DNA from: Selaginella moellendorffii
Lineage: Eukaryota > Plantae > Lycopodiophyta
Assembly: GCF_000143415.4 (NCBI RefSeq)
Contig: NW_003314271.1
Coordinates: 372,001-436,000, forward strand
Direction of reading: 5' to 3'
DNA: 64,000 bases
The notes under the pieces are model-generated. The model had not been told where the DNA came from, searched no databases, and was given only the letters and a program-made list of their open reading frames with translations. Every line of letters begins with the position of its first letter. The stretch's first letter is position 1. The position numbers and the translations under genes were made by a program. Positions 27,171 to 39,100 of this stretch are shown here, piece after piece.

Positions 27171-27811
27171 GAGCTGTCGGTTTGGACTCCCCGAATAAAA
27201 ATCACTTTTCTTCCTTATCAAGCTCCTCACCACCTTTCATCAAAGCCACCACCAATTCCCGCAACTTCCGCGTCCCATGTCTCCTTTCTTTCACCGGACA
27301 ATCAGGACTCAAGGCTTTGGCGCTACTGGACTCGGGTGCAACTTCCTGCTTCATGGACACGGACTTTGCTGCCCGACATCACGTTCCTCTTTCTCCTACG
27401 ATACGGGATTTGAGGGTTGAAGGCATCGGCGGGCATTTTGTGTCTCCATCTTCTGGACTTAGAGAAATGTTGCCCGTTCGAGTACACATCAGGTCCACCG
27501 TCACCGATATCGCCTTCAACATCATCAACAGCAAGTCCTCCTCTGTGGTGCTCGGTCTTCCTTGGTTCCAACTACATCAGCCTCAGATTTGTTGGAAGGA
27601 CTTACAACTCATCTCTCCCACATCACGACCTCCCACGGCTTCCCCTGCTATTCATCGAGTCCAAATCAGGAAAAGTTCCCTAAACTTAAATCAGGGTTCT
27701 GTTCCTGACTCTACGAAGTTTTCCCCCAATTCTTGCCACATTCCTGACTCTCACCGGATTCCTGACCTGCAGACCACATTCCTGATTCTCGAGACACTTC
27801 CCTATTCCTGA
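27143..27811 (+). CDS. Retroviral-type aspartic protease in the -1 frame; pol truncated and running into the 3' LTR
   Basis: 'ALLDSGATSCFMD' and 'VVLGLPWF'. Slippery G GGA AAC at 27143-27149. Confidence 0.8.
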   Translation, partial: GKRPCPNRVGAVGLDSPNKNHFSSLSSSSPPFIKATTNSRNFRVPCLLSFTGQSGLKALALLDSGATSCFMDTDFAARHHVPLSPTIRDLRVEGIGGHFVSPSSGLREMLPVRVHIRSTVTDIAFNIINSKSSSVVLGLPWFQLHQPQICWKDLQLISPTSRPPTASPAIHRVQIRKSSLNLNQGSVPDSTKFSPNSCHIPDSHRIPDLQTTFLILETLPYS

Positions 27812-28098
27812 CTCTCGAGACACTTCCCTATTCCTGACTCTCAAGACACTTCCCGATTCCTGAGTCTCGAGCCACATTCCTGATATTGATGTGGCGCCTC
27901 CTTGACCTCAGCTATATTTAGGCCGTCCTCGATCCAAGAGTGGTGGAGCTTCATCAACCTATAGTATATATAGGTTAGCCTTGTTCCATTTCTCCACAAT
28001 CTGAATCAACGCCAGTCTAAAGCCTTTTCTTTGTTTCCACTAGCTTTTCTCTTTGTCTTTAGCATTTTCCAGTCTTGATCTTGTTGGGGGTCTTGACA
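27722..28098 (+). repeat. 3' LTR lacking its first ~9 nt
   Basis: About 5 substitutions versus the 5' LTR by eye. No TGTCAGGAA start and no polypurine tract in front. Confidence 0.88.
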
Positions 28099-29146
28099 AC
28101 TCTTGCCGGGGAGGAGATCTCCCTCCCCAAGCTCTGAATATGGTTTATTATTTCTGACTTAGTATTGCTTAGCCATGTAGCAAGTACTGCATGACAATTT
28201 GCTACAAGAAGTTTGGCATGCCACACATGGATGACAGACAAAAAGGTATTTATTTAAAGCCAAGACATGGCTTGATTATATTAGTCTCCTAAATGAAAGT
28301 GCAAACCGTTTGTGATGGTAAGATTTAGAGAAAAAGTATGTTTGTAATTAAGATTATGACCAAAATCTTTAATCACAAAGAAACTTTAAAACAGTTTTAC
28401 AAACTTCTCTCTCGATTGAAGGGGAAAGTATAACTGCAACAGCCAAATCTATGTTAGAATCAATATATTGTAAGAGAGTCAAATTTGGGAATTATTCCTT
28501 TTAACTGCTTTCTTTTTGATGAAATCCTTGTAGCTGTTTTCTTTGGTATCTCCAATGTATGAACTGATAACTGATCTAATTAAAGACTAAAATTAATACC
28601 TTTACCAAGAGGTAACTATTGAACTAGAGAGGAATTGTGCCGAGCAATGCTGATCTCTCCATATGGGAAGAAGAGAAATGCTATATCTTGCTCTCAATCT
28701 CTAAAAATCTCTAAGAATCTCCCATATATCTCTGCCCTAGCCCCATGCTTTGCAGAGAAACTCACAAAGAGAAAGATGCCCAAACTGGGTAATTGTGGAG
28801 AAAGATAAATGCTCAAAGAAAAGTAGAAGGTAAAAAGTTTGAGGAATACTTTGGTAACTCAGAAGAGAAACAAGAAACAAATAAAGAAAGAGGAAAAAGT
28901 GAAAAATGCTAAAGAGAAGAAACTCAAAATCCCTCTCTTCACTGACACTCTGTGCTGTTTAAAACTTACATCTCCTTTTCCTTCTTAAACTACAAGAGCT
29001 CCTAGCGAAGAGCCACTGGATTCACTGGAACCCCGACTGCATGAGCAATTTGTAGCAGGAGTTCATTGGAGAAGTTACTGTCGAGATGACGTGTCCTCAC
29101 TCCATTCTTTGTTCGAGAATGTGAATTCCCAGCTTTCATTTCCTGT

Positions 29147-30715
29147 CTATGAATCAAACACTGCTCCAAATGCCACGATCTTCTCTGTCTTGCACACGTC
29201 GCGAACGGCCTCCGTGAACTTCGCGTTGGACACCACAAAGATGGCCTCTGCCCTAAACTCCTCGTAGCTCGCCAATGCGATCTCCGGCTTAGGCCGCCCC
29301 ATCTCCGCGGTGTCGTAGATCGTGTGGGAATGTTGGAACACGCGATCACAGATCTCGTCCCCGTAGATTCCCCGGTGCTTCTTGGCGATCCAGACGACGT
29401 GAATGGCGACGCGATCGCTGCCAATGTGTGGGAGGATTGGGGCAATTCCAGCCCCAGTGCCCACGCAGATCACTCTCTTGTAGGCATAGACAGAGTACAT
29501 AAACCCTAGCGGGCGGTGCCACCGGATGAAGGCCTTGATCGTCGTCTCTCCCGAGGAGGATTCTGTGGATGGAGGAGCTTCCAGATCCGGCGGTGCCGTG
29601 AAGAATTCGTCCACGACCTGCGCCCGGTTCTTGCTCACGGATCTATCCAAGCGAGTAAGGCAGCGCTGCGCAAGGTTTTGTGTCCAATCTCCCGCCACTC
29701 CCACAACCAGGCCGTAGGCGCGATTCTCTCGATCGCTGAAAGCCACCGAGAATGCGTGCCACTCTGTGAGATTGAAGGAGATCTTGGCGAAGGCGCCGGG
29801 GCGGGCCTTGCCGTGGAGGCGGACGATCAAAACATTTCCCTGCCTCCCAACGCGGACATGGACGCTCTGGCGCTCGATCAAGAACCACGAGTAGAACACG
29901 ACAAGGAGACAGGCTATGGCGATCGTAGCGCTGGCGATAGCAATTCCTGACAGATTCCAGCGGGAATGGAAGAATTTCCTGAGCAAGATCGCCGTGAGGA
30001 GGAGAAGGAGTGACCAGCCCAGGTATCTGTGGACTCTCTCGAAGAGATTGTGGTGCCGGACCCTAACGATCGGCATTGCCAGGATCATCATGATCGAGAG
30101 ACCGGCGACGAGCACGGCCAGCATTGCGACGTTCGCGGCGTCGATTCCATCGGCAATGCGGCCATGATCGCCGCGATTGGCGATGGGGAGGATCAAAGCG
30201 GTGGTCGTCCACACGAGGAGCATGATCGCGCAGCCCGTGTGGATGCCGCCATTGCAGTGGAGCATTCGATTGAAGAAGTATTTCTTCCATGGGATCCGGA
30301 CGACGATCTTGTAAAGCAGCAGCAGCACCGTGCCGTCGCGGATGGCCGCTACCGCCAGGAGATTCACAAGCGCCATGGCGGTGGCCAGCTCCGCGCGATT
30401 GACGCGAAGGTCGATCGAGAAGAGGGCCGCGACGATGGCAAGATTGACGGGGAATATCACGAGCCACCACACGTTGTAGAGAGTGAATCCAAATCCAAAC
30501 CTTCTTCCCCATCCAGCTCCCAGACGATTCTTCTCCACGATCACATTGAGCCGCTTCTCCATCCGGCGCGTCGTGGATTCCTCATGGAGTTCTTGGGCGG
30601 CAAACTCCATGATTCTCTCGATGGCAGTGGCAGAGCACTCCCCGATTCTCCCTCTCTCACTTCCTTCGGCTTCCACTTTTACATTTGTCATTGGAACTTT
30701 TCCTTGGACTCTCAT
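29147..30715 (-). CDS. Intronless multi-pass membrane protein with ferric-reductase-like TM region and FNR-like NAD(P)-binding C-terminus (microbial-type)
   Basis: 522-aa ORF with about 6 TM helices, 'GGIHTGC', 'RHHNLFERVHRYLGW', 'EWHAFS', 'AGDWT', 'VGTGAGIAP', 'GRP', 'EAIFVVSN', C-terminal 'FGAVFDS'. Confidence 0.75.
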   Translation of the reverse strand: MRVQGKVPMTNVKVEAEGSERGRIGECSATAIERIMEFAAQELHEESTTRRMEKRLNVIVEKNRLGAGWGRRFGFGFTLYNVWWLVIFPVNLAIVAALFSIDLRVNRAELATAMALVNLLAVAAIRDGTVLLLLYKIVVRIPWKKYFFNRMLHCNGGIHTGCAIMLLVWTTTALILPIANRGDHGRIADGIDAANVAMLAVLVAGLSIMMILAMPIVRVRHHNLFERVHRYLGWSLLLLLTAILLRKFFHSRWNLSGIAIASATIAIACLLVVFYSWFLIERQSVHVRVGRQGNVLIVRLHGKARPGAFAKISFNLTEWHAFSVAFSDRENRAYGLVVGVAGDWTQNLAQRCLTRLDRSVSKNRAQVVDEFFTAPPDLEAPPSTESSSGETTIKAFIRWHRPLGFMYSVYAYKRVICVGTGAGIAPILPHIGSDRVAIHVVWIAKKHRGIYGDEICDRVFQHSHTIYDTAEMGRPKPEIALASYEEFRAEAIFVVSNAKFTEAVRDVCKTEKIVAFGAVFDS

Positions 30716-31477
30716 TTTTTATATCTTTCCGAGACTTTAGATAAAGACACAGAAGAAGTTGGAATACAACACTCCCAAGAGTGGAATTGATCTTGAGATC
30801 ATGTCAAGACCTTGGGAGTGGAATTCAAGACGATGTCAGAAGCTTGTGGCTCGGGGGTAAGCTTCTACAAAACTCTTGCGTCTTCTTCGTTTAACGTGTT
30901 CGCTTACTAGCTACGAAGTCGGACGCTGGAACGCGTAGAAACGTCAGAGCAAGCTAAGGCTATAAGAGGTCCAAATGCCGTACGTTTCCATGAGTTTTTG
31001 GACTTTTTCTGATATTCTGAGCCTGTGCAGATGGTAGAGAGGGAGCTTGTTCAGCGACGCCTTCAGAACAGTGAAAGAGGTAATTGTGTATTTTGAAGTT
31101 CTCACTGTGCTTGCGCACCTATATGTTAACCAGGAAACTACTGGATCGAAGCACTGTAATCTATGGGTTTGCTTTTGCTGCTATGTCGCCTCATTCTATG
31201 ATAATGCTGCCTTGGATGCGCTCGTCATGCAGGTATTTCAGCACGCTACTTACCTCTTGCCATAGAAGCTCATAGCTAGTTGGAACATCTGTTGGATCAC
31301 GGAGACAAACAAGGCTTATGTAGATCCTCCATTTTCAAAAGTAAAACCTGGAGTTTTAAATTAAGATATCCAACAGCATTAGATATTGAAGAAGCACTTG
31401 CTCCTTGCTCCTTGCTCCTTCACACTTCAATCCTAGAAGCACTTGGTCCTTCAGTGTCCTCGACAGCACTTGGCCAT

Positions 31478-32956
31478 TCAGCTGACAACAGTGGCAGTGT
31501 CCTCTTCAGTGTCGGCGTCAACATCAGTGGCGGTGTCCTCTTCAGTGTCGGCATCAGCATCCACCCATACCCCACAAGCAGCCTTGATATTTCTCACTTC
31601 TCGCCAGAAAAACCGTGGGACTTGTGAGCTGGTAGGGACCTTAACATCAGAAAAGCCAACAATGGTCAGCTGCAATGGCTCATTGCTCTTGACCAGGAGT
31701 GAATTTGAGTCGAACCTACCGAGTAGCAGCCCCCTCTTATGGATCTTCTTCAGTATAGGGACTGCTGCTTTCGCGTAAACGTCAGCAGGATGCCCCCGTA
31801 CTAGCTTGTTTCCCTCGTAGCTAAGAACCAACACCGCAAACATCTTTCCACACATAAAGCCGTACTCCATGAGCTTGGGAATGCCACGACCTTGGAGAGT
31901 CTTGAGCTTCTTGTAAGCCCAGATTTCCTTAACAAAGGCATGGAGCTGATCCGAGAAACTTCTGTATCCCATATCTCTGATCTTGAGCACAACATTCTCC
32001 CCACTGGTACGAACTTGAGCATGGATGACATCGCAGCAAGCCTTTGACAGCTTTGTCCCAAAGACAAAGTCAGTCACCTTCCAGAATTTGATCTTCTTGT
32101 GAATCTCACCAGAGAAAAACTTCTTCCCTACTGTCAATGCCCGGAAGGAGTGAGAGTTTTCATCTCCGAAGCTGGAGGCCTCCTGTTGAACCATGCACAC
32201 AACAGCAGCCTTCATAGATGCCGAGTCCAGTATCCGATGCACAGTCTCGCCTTCAGTGATAATCTGCGGGCGCTGATGCCCAACCGAGAGCGCCATAAGA
32301 TACCAAAAGCAGCCTAGCTTTGCTTCCACTCGTTTGAGTGGACGTGAGATGGCCAGGTTCCCTGAACCATCGCTGAAACAGAACCAATACACGTCCCGCG
32401 TCGTGAAGAAGCCGTAGTTGAGCCGGGCAAGCGCTAGGAGCTCCCGCAGGCGGTTCAGCACAGCCCAAAAACAGCTTGTGGGAGACGATTGCAAGGCCCC
32501 GGCAATCTCCTTTGGTGTCAGCTCGGGCAGGAAAGAAGGATGCTCCACGAGACCGAGCAAGAGGCCGGTCTTGTGACCAGTCCGCTCAAAGAACACGTTT
32601 GGATGGCCAAGCGCGCTTGTAGCCGTGTCGCTTACGTTAAAACCCAAGGTTTGGATGCTCTCCATCACGTCTGCGGCCATGCTGCATGACTCAGGCTGCC
32701 TCTCTTCCCAGTAAAAGGCGCCAGTGTTTGGGAGGCGAGCCATAAAGCGCGCAACCTCGGCCTCAAAGCTGTCCCAAGAGGCCAGCGACCATGGGCCTCC
32801 ATCCCCACCAAAATCCTGGTTAATGGGGTCGTCACCTGAAAAGGGGACCGGCGCAGGGATGACCATCTTGGAGACCTCGGCCGCAGTCAGCGTATCATCG
32901 TAAGTGACTGCTGTTTCGGAATGCAACGAAAGAGCTGCTGACACTGCGGCATCCAT
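31478..32956 (-). CDS. Intronless Crinkler/fungal-type nuclease-like plus (pseudo)kinase protein
   Basis: 'YGFFTTRDVYWF', 'VVLK', 'EIWAYKKLKTLQGRGIPKLMEYG', 'LKKIHKRGLLLGR', 'IVGFS'. A 33-bp tandem repeat at the C-terminus gives DADTEEDTAT twice. Confidence 0.65.
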   Translation of the reverse strand: MDAAVSAALSLHSETAVTYDDTLTAAEVSKMVIPAPVPFSGDDPINQDFGGDGGPWSLASWDSFEAEVARFMARLPNTGAFYWEERQPESCSMAADVMESIQTLGFNVSDTATSALGHPNVFFERTGHKTGLLLGLVEHPSFLPELTPKEIAGALQSSPTSCFWAVLNRLRELLALARLNYGFFTTRDVYWFCFSDGSGNLAISRPLKRVEAKLGCFWYLMALSVGHQRPQIITEGETVHRILDSASMKAAVVCMVQQEASSFGDENSHSFRALTVGKKFFSGEIHKKIKFWKVTDFVFGTKLSKACCDVIHAQVRTSGENVVLKIRDMGYRSFSDQLHAFVKEIWAYKKLKTLQGRGIPKLMEYGFMCGKMFAVLVLSYEGNKLVRGHPADVYAKAAVPILKKIHKRGLLLGRFDSNSLLVKSNEPLQLTIVGFSDVKVPTSSQVPRFFWREVRNIKAACGVWVDADADTEEDTATDVDADTEEDTATVVS

Positions 32957-34100
32957 TGGTGACTGCCCTAGCAGTAGAGAACCCTAGCTGAAAGAGCTTT
33001 GCTGGCCGACGATGAATCAACAAAGTAAGTTTTGTATCTGCTTTTTTTTTGGTTTGGATATACTTAAATATGTTCAAATATTTTAGGATATTCTACCATC
33101 TAAGGATTGTCATTTATTTAGATTAATCTTGTATTTATAATTTATAAATATGTTTATAATTTATAAAATTTCTTGAACCTTTTCTAATATATTCTTTATT
33201 ATTCTATCATCTAATGGTTGATATGCAATAAGATTAATCTTGTGTTTATAAATTACAAACATGCTTGTAATTATAAACTTAGAGAATGTGTAGTCAATTT
33301 ACCTACTTGATGTTATTTGTTCTAGCTGATTGCATGAAAGGTTTTGCTAGGAATAGATTAGGGCTATTTGATCAATTGGATTAATAAGTAATAATAATAA
33401 TATTATTAAGCAAACCAAGTGTTGCTACTTTGACCATGTAGTAATTTATCTTCTGGAGTTGATGATACTTTGTCTATAGTTACAGAGCAAAGAAGATGGT
33501 TATTAGAAGTAAAATTTTCTAATATTTATTTCAGAAGTCTTCAAAATAATATTAGTATGTGCACAAATACTATTTGTAGTTGTAAATAATATTATACCTG
33601 CTTTATAAAGAGATTAGCAATTGCCCAGCAAATGCTGGGTGGTTGGCAAATTTGATGCCATTTGAAGAGGTTTTCTAAGCTTAGCTAAGTTTGCTGTTTG
33701 ATCAACTCCACAATTGAAAGACATTCTCATAACCAAATGTGTTATGAGCATTATATAAGCTAGATTAGATAACTGTTGAGTTGCATTGCTCCATTTTGAA
33801 CACAAAAAGCCCAAAGAATACTTCCAAGTCCATCTTTGGTGCAAGTGTTGGTACTTGCTCCTCAGCCTGCTAGAGAGGTTCCTGGGATGAGTGAGAAACC
33901 ATTATATTGCAATGAGAGCTGCACTCAAAAAGCAATAGGATGAAAACTGTACCTCTGCCATTAGCAACTAAATAGCACATGCCATAACCAAAATGGGACA
34001 GCACCCAAGGCACACTTGTCAATGCCAGCTTTGTTGTGGTGTGCATTTGAAACTCACAACTTCATGGTTGGATATAGAATTGTGCCATGTTTTTGTCAGT

Positions 34101-37100
34101 CTACTTAAGAATTTCAGCATAGACTGTATTCACAGTGTAAAAGTGTTGATCATGTGGTATAAGATTGCCTTGAAGGGGGGTTGCAAGCACTTGAACACGA
34201 AGTTGTTCAGGTGATCTACACCTTGACAGAGCAACATAAAGTTGACCATGTGTGAAAACAGGTTGGGGGAGGTAAATGCCAACACGGTCGAAAGTTTGGC
34301 CTTGGGCTTTAGAAATAGTTAAGCAATAACCCAGACGAACTGGGAATTGTCTTCGAGACATCTTGAAAGGGATTTCAACATCAGAAGGTGTAAGGGTAAT
34401 ACGTGGAATAAAAACTCGCGATCCCTTGAATTGTCCCGTGATAATTTCACAATCTAAAACGTTTTGAGATGCTTGCTTGAGAATGAGGCAAGTGCCATTG
34501 CATAAACCAATTTGTGGAGATATGTTCCTAAGAAGAATCAAAATCACATTTTGTTTTAGAATTAATTTGTGTGGTGGTAGTCCCGATGGGGTGATTGAAT
34601 TTAAGAATTCAATTGGGAACTCTTCCGGGTGATTTGAGTCAACTGTGTCAATGCTCAAATAAACATATGGATCACCTGGTAGTCTTTCAACAATGTCATT
34701 ATTTATTCTGAATGTGTCGTCATTGAGTGGGGTGAGAATAACCTTTGATGCAGCTGTATAAGTATTTGTAATATCATCGGTATTTGGGAAAACAAAGTTT
34801 ACAACAGATGTAGTGATAGATAATGCATGTGGTATTTTGATAATATCTGGTGGGAGACATGGCAACTGTAAACTACTATCACCGTTGCCAAGTTTGAGAA
34901 GCCATTCAGAAAAACAAAGATTACTTGAACGCATATTCTTTGTTAATGTTAGTGTTGTAAAGAGTGACCATAGTCTATTCATTTTAACTGAGCTTGAAAT
35001 AATAGAAGTTCTATGGCCATGGGGAACAACAGGAAGGGTTTGACGAAAGTCACCACTTGTAATCACTATAACGCCTCCAAATGGTTTAGAATTACATTTG
35101 AGATGTTTTAAACATTTATCAACCACAGAGAAAGCATGTGTATGAACCATACTAATTTCATCCCATATGAGAACATTTGCTTGTTTAATGGTTTTTCCAG
35201 CATCACTATTAATTGTTAAAGCAGAGACAGAAGTTTCATTTAAAGGAACAGGAAGTTTAAAAGTCATATGTGCCGTTTGACCATATTTTAGCAAAATGCT
35301 TGCAATCCCAGTCCATGCCATACTGATTACTTTTATTTTTTTTAATTGTAATGCTGTAATGATGGTATTAAGTAGAAAAGTTTTTCCAGTACCACCAGGT
35401 CCATCAATAAAGAAACATTGATGTTGGTTAGTATCAATGGCATTTATAATGAGTTCAAAAATATAACGTTGTTAATAACTGAATTGATTTATGTTTGCAT
35501 TTATTTGGTCTTGTGATGGGTCAGGGATCTTTGTATTAAGCATGTGTTTGATAATGGGAGTAAGAGTTGGGAGTGGTAAACCAAAATCACAATTAGATTT
35601 ATTGTGTAGTTGGAATTTTGAATTGATATCGACTAAAGCAATGTCAAAATAGTTTATGTCATTTCTAGCATAATCCTCAGACATATCAATTTTGAATTGA
35701 TCCCATAATAGATTTGGATCTTTTGGTGAACAATACAAACAAATAAAAACAAATAACAGTCTTAATTGGGATGGCATTTTAAAAGTAGAAGCTTCTTGCA
35801 TGCAGCGTTGCCATTCTGAATCATCTGCTAAAAGTCCCATTGCCATAGCTGCTTGTTTAAAAGAGGAGAAAGTAACACCTTCGACAGTACATATATCCTC
35901 AAATGATATAGCACCTTTTTTATAGAGTAATATAAGCCGTAAGTGGTATAACTCACTATTAGAAGGAGATATGGAATACATTCTTGGTATGAGTTTAGCT
36001 TTTCGCTGGCGTAATTGCCATCTATGAGAGGATTTGTTATATGTGTAATATAATGGAATTTGAGCATATGTATATTGCCTTGCATTAGTATCTTGCATGT
36101 TTAAATTGAACCATTGTGTAAGCATTGTTCCATTTTGAGTGGCTCTTTCTAGTGCTTCTTGTTCATGACCTGGTCTGAAATAAACGTTTTGAAAATTGGG
36201 TAAATGAACTGGAAGGCGTATAATAGTTAGTGATTTATCATGCATATGAAACTTAAATATACGCCACATGGCTTCAGGAGCAGAAATATATCGAGCATCG
36301 ACAAAACTTGAGATTTCGTCCCAATTTAAAGTCCCTCGTTCTTCAGATGCAGTTAGGAATTCTAATGTTGCACAGTCATAACCTTTGTATACATATTGAA
36401 ATAAATATTTAATACTTTTAATAGAAGCACAGATCTCTACATTGATGTGTGCTTGATATTTCTTACAAAGGTATTTATTATAAGGAACAACCCATCTGTT
36501 GTCAATAGTACAACCATTTTTTATGAAAGTGCACCCGTTATTGGGACGGTAGTAATCAGGATAACCATCAACACAATAAATGGTTTCAACATTAAATTCT
36601 TTTGGATAATTCTTAGAGCATTTGTTATTTTCCATGCAAGGGCTTCTAGGATTTAAATTACCACATGGACCATGTATCATATGATTTATAATTATGTTAT
36701 GCAATTCTGGTTCTAACAGTGGGTGTGGCAACTGTGCAGTGACAAATTCATCAACTGAGTCTCGATTTCTTATCTTATCTTCGCTTGATAACATTGCTAA
36801 GAAATGACAATGAGGCAAACCTCTTTTCTGGAATTCAATAACATAAACATATGCGATGCACTTCCCAAAAATTCCTTTGATACTTATGTCATGTAGGAAT
36901 TCTTTAAGCTTTAAGTTGAAAACTCTTGAAATAAGATCAGGTCGATCCTCAGGTGATTCATTCAACTGTAAGTTTTGCACAATTTCAGGCCACTTTGGGT
37001 TGCATGTAAATGTAATAAATAAGTCAGGTTTTCCAAAATGTGTGACAATAGCAATAGCATCTTGATAATGTTGTTGCATTGCTCGTGGGCTACCAGGAAA

Positions 37101-38483
37101 TGTAGAAGGCAAAATTACAATTTTTCCAGGTTCAGCATTATTAGTAGCAGCTCTGTTGCTAACATAGTCCATAAGACCTGTGTAGTAATCCACTTTTAAG
37201 TGTTTTTGATGAGTGCGAAAGAAATTAAGGTTGTTAGATTCAACCTTTACATAAGCATCAACTATAAATTGTTGAGTGAGTTTCCCAGCATGTAGCAATT
37301 GATCATAAAGGAAAGAGTTGCCAATGCTATCTCGTTGAGATAATCGATATGCATAGTACTGGAGTAGCGTTACATGCAACTCATTGTGATAGATTTTTTC
37401 ATGCCAACCTTTATCACCAAATGGTAAAAGTAAAGGATAAACCATAGGATCACAATTTTCATTACGAATAGAGATTTTTATTGGCTGTGAGTTATATGGA
37501 TGTATGCATATTTCTCTGTCAAGAGATGGCTCACCCTCATCAATAGCGAAAACAATAGCAACATCATTAGTCTGTGGTAAATTATAACGATGTAGATTAG
37601 TACTTTCACTTCTAACAATCATGTAAACACCACGTTTTGGGGTTCCATTGCAAATTGAGCGATGTTGTTCTTGTGATTCAAGATTATACATCATTTGAAA
37701 AGCTTGTGCATACGGGTTTATTATTCTTAGCAAGTTATCTAATTGTAATAATAAATTAGAATCACAATTTGTGTTGAATGGGTTTTGCTTTCTAATATTT
37801 GTAGCCTCAGAAGTGTCAAGCATGTAAAGTTGTCCATATGATGGTGGCACGTTAGCTGCAGGATATGCTGAAGCAATTTTGTGATAAATTTGACCATGTA
37901 TTCTAAAGCAATATGGGCCTTTACCACTTAAATTATCAATATTAGCACCCATTGATGCAAAAGCCAAAGCACTGTTGAAATTTCTTATGTTAATTTTAAA
38001 ATTAGAGTTTCTATTTTCATTAAAAAGCATACGCAATATAGTAGGTAAAGATGAAAGCTGGGGAAGGGAAACCTTTCCATTCTGGCAGCACATTGATCTT
38101 GACTCATTTTCAAAATGTAATGCACCACAAAAGACACATATAGATGACATATTTCCAATATTAAACAGTTGTATTGTATGGTCATTATAATTCTTTTGAT
38201 GTGCTAATTTATAGATAGTATAACTGTGATGATTACATGTATTTGTATTAGTTTCATTAGCATTTTCAAGGTTTATATTTGTATGACCTTCATTAGCATA
38301 TGCTATGTTTGTATTAGCATTGTCGAGATTTGAAGTAATTTTTGCATTAGCATGTTCAAGGTCTAGATTAGTTTCTTCATTACCATATGCAAGGTTGTTG
38401 TGAATATGATTATATGTGCTAGTGTCAATAGTTGGAGGCAAATGGTGACATATGCCTCTTAATACTTCGCGAAGCCGAGGCAT
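34101..38483 (-). mobile_element. Helitron RepHel transposase with a single in-frame stop (TAA 35472-35474); element ends not resolved
   Basis: HUH Rep motifs 'PDLFITFTCNPKWPEI', 'VIEFQKRGLPHCH', 'KYLFQYVYKG'. PIF1 helicase motifs 'DGPGGTGKT', 'IWDEISM', 'GDFRQTLPV', 'TISKAQGQT', 'HGQLYVALSR'. The two ORFs are in the same frame. Confidence 0.95.
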
Positions 38484-39100
38484 ATTTGCTAGGGATGATA
38501 AATGAGATGAAATAACCTATCTAGTGTCAAAGCACTTATCTTAACATTTTCAGAGATTCTAAGTAAAAGCCAGAACTCGCCTTCTTCTTACACTGGAAAA
38601 AAAAATTTAAAAAAATAAAAACGAAGACTATACAATGAGAGCACAATCTGTACACACCTTAATCTGTAAACAAAAGAGACTAATCTAGCAACCAATAAAA
38701 CCTAGACACAGGACTGGCACACCTTTTCCAGGGCGTGGTGAGCAACTGTGAGAGGTGGGTGGGGTTTGCAAGTTAGAGAACTCACCTTGGGCTTGTTCTC
38801 TCTCGCAAAAGGACAGCAACTGCAAACTCTCTGATGGTTCTGGCTGTGAAGGCTGGCTCTGGCTTCAGCTCTACCACTGGATAGCATCCACAAACCCAAA
38901 TGAAGACATTTCAAATTTTCACAGCACACAAAAATCCAGATTGTTGGGGTTGGGGGCCAAATTAGCGGCTGCTGGGCTGACTGTGAACACAGACCTTTGC
39001 AGGAAGAAGCACAATTGCTGCGATTGCCACTGATCCGGCAAGCAAGCGTTCCAGCAAGCAAGCGTTAGCTCAATTGCGGCAGGGCATCCAGGGCGAGCTA

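Larger units (their letters stand above)
25720..28098 (+). mobile_element. Non-autonomous Ty3/Gypsy (Tf1/sushi-like) LTR retrotransposon retaining gag and protease only
   Basis: Termini TGTCA...TGACA, 5-bp TSD ACTCT (25715-19 and 28099-103), two LTR copies, gag with a CCHC knuckle and protease DSGA. No RT, RNaseH or integrase is present. Confidence 0.93.

Noticed and set aside
29020-29075. Possible GARP/MYB-like remnant ('IHWNPD/LHEQFVAGV')
   Set aside because: It is too short, needs a frameshift and lacks the SHLQKY motif.
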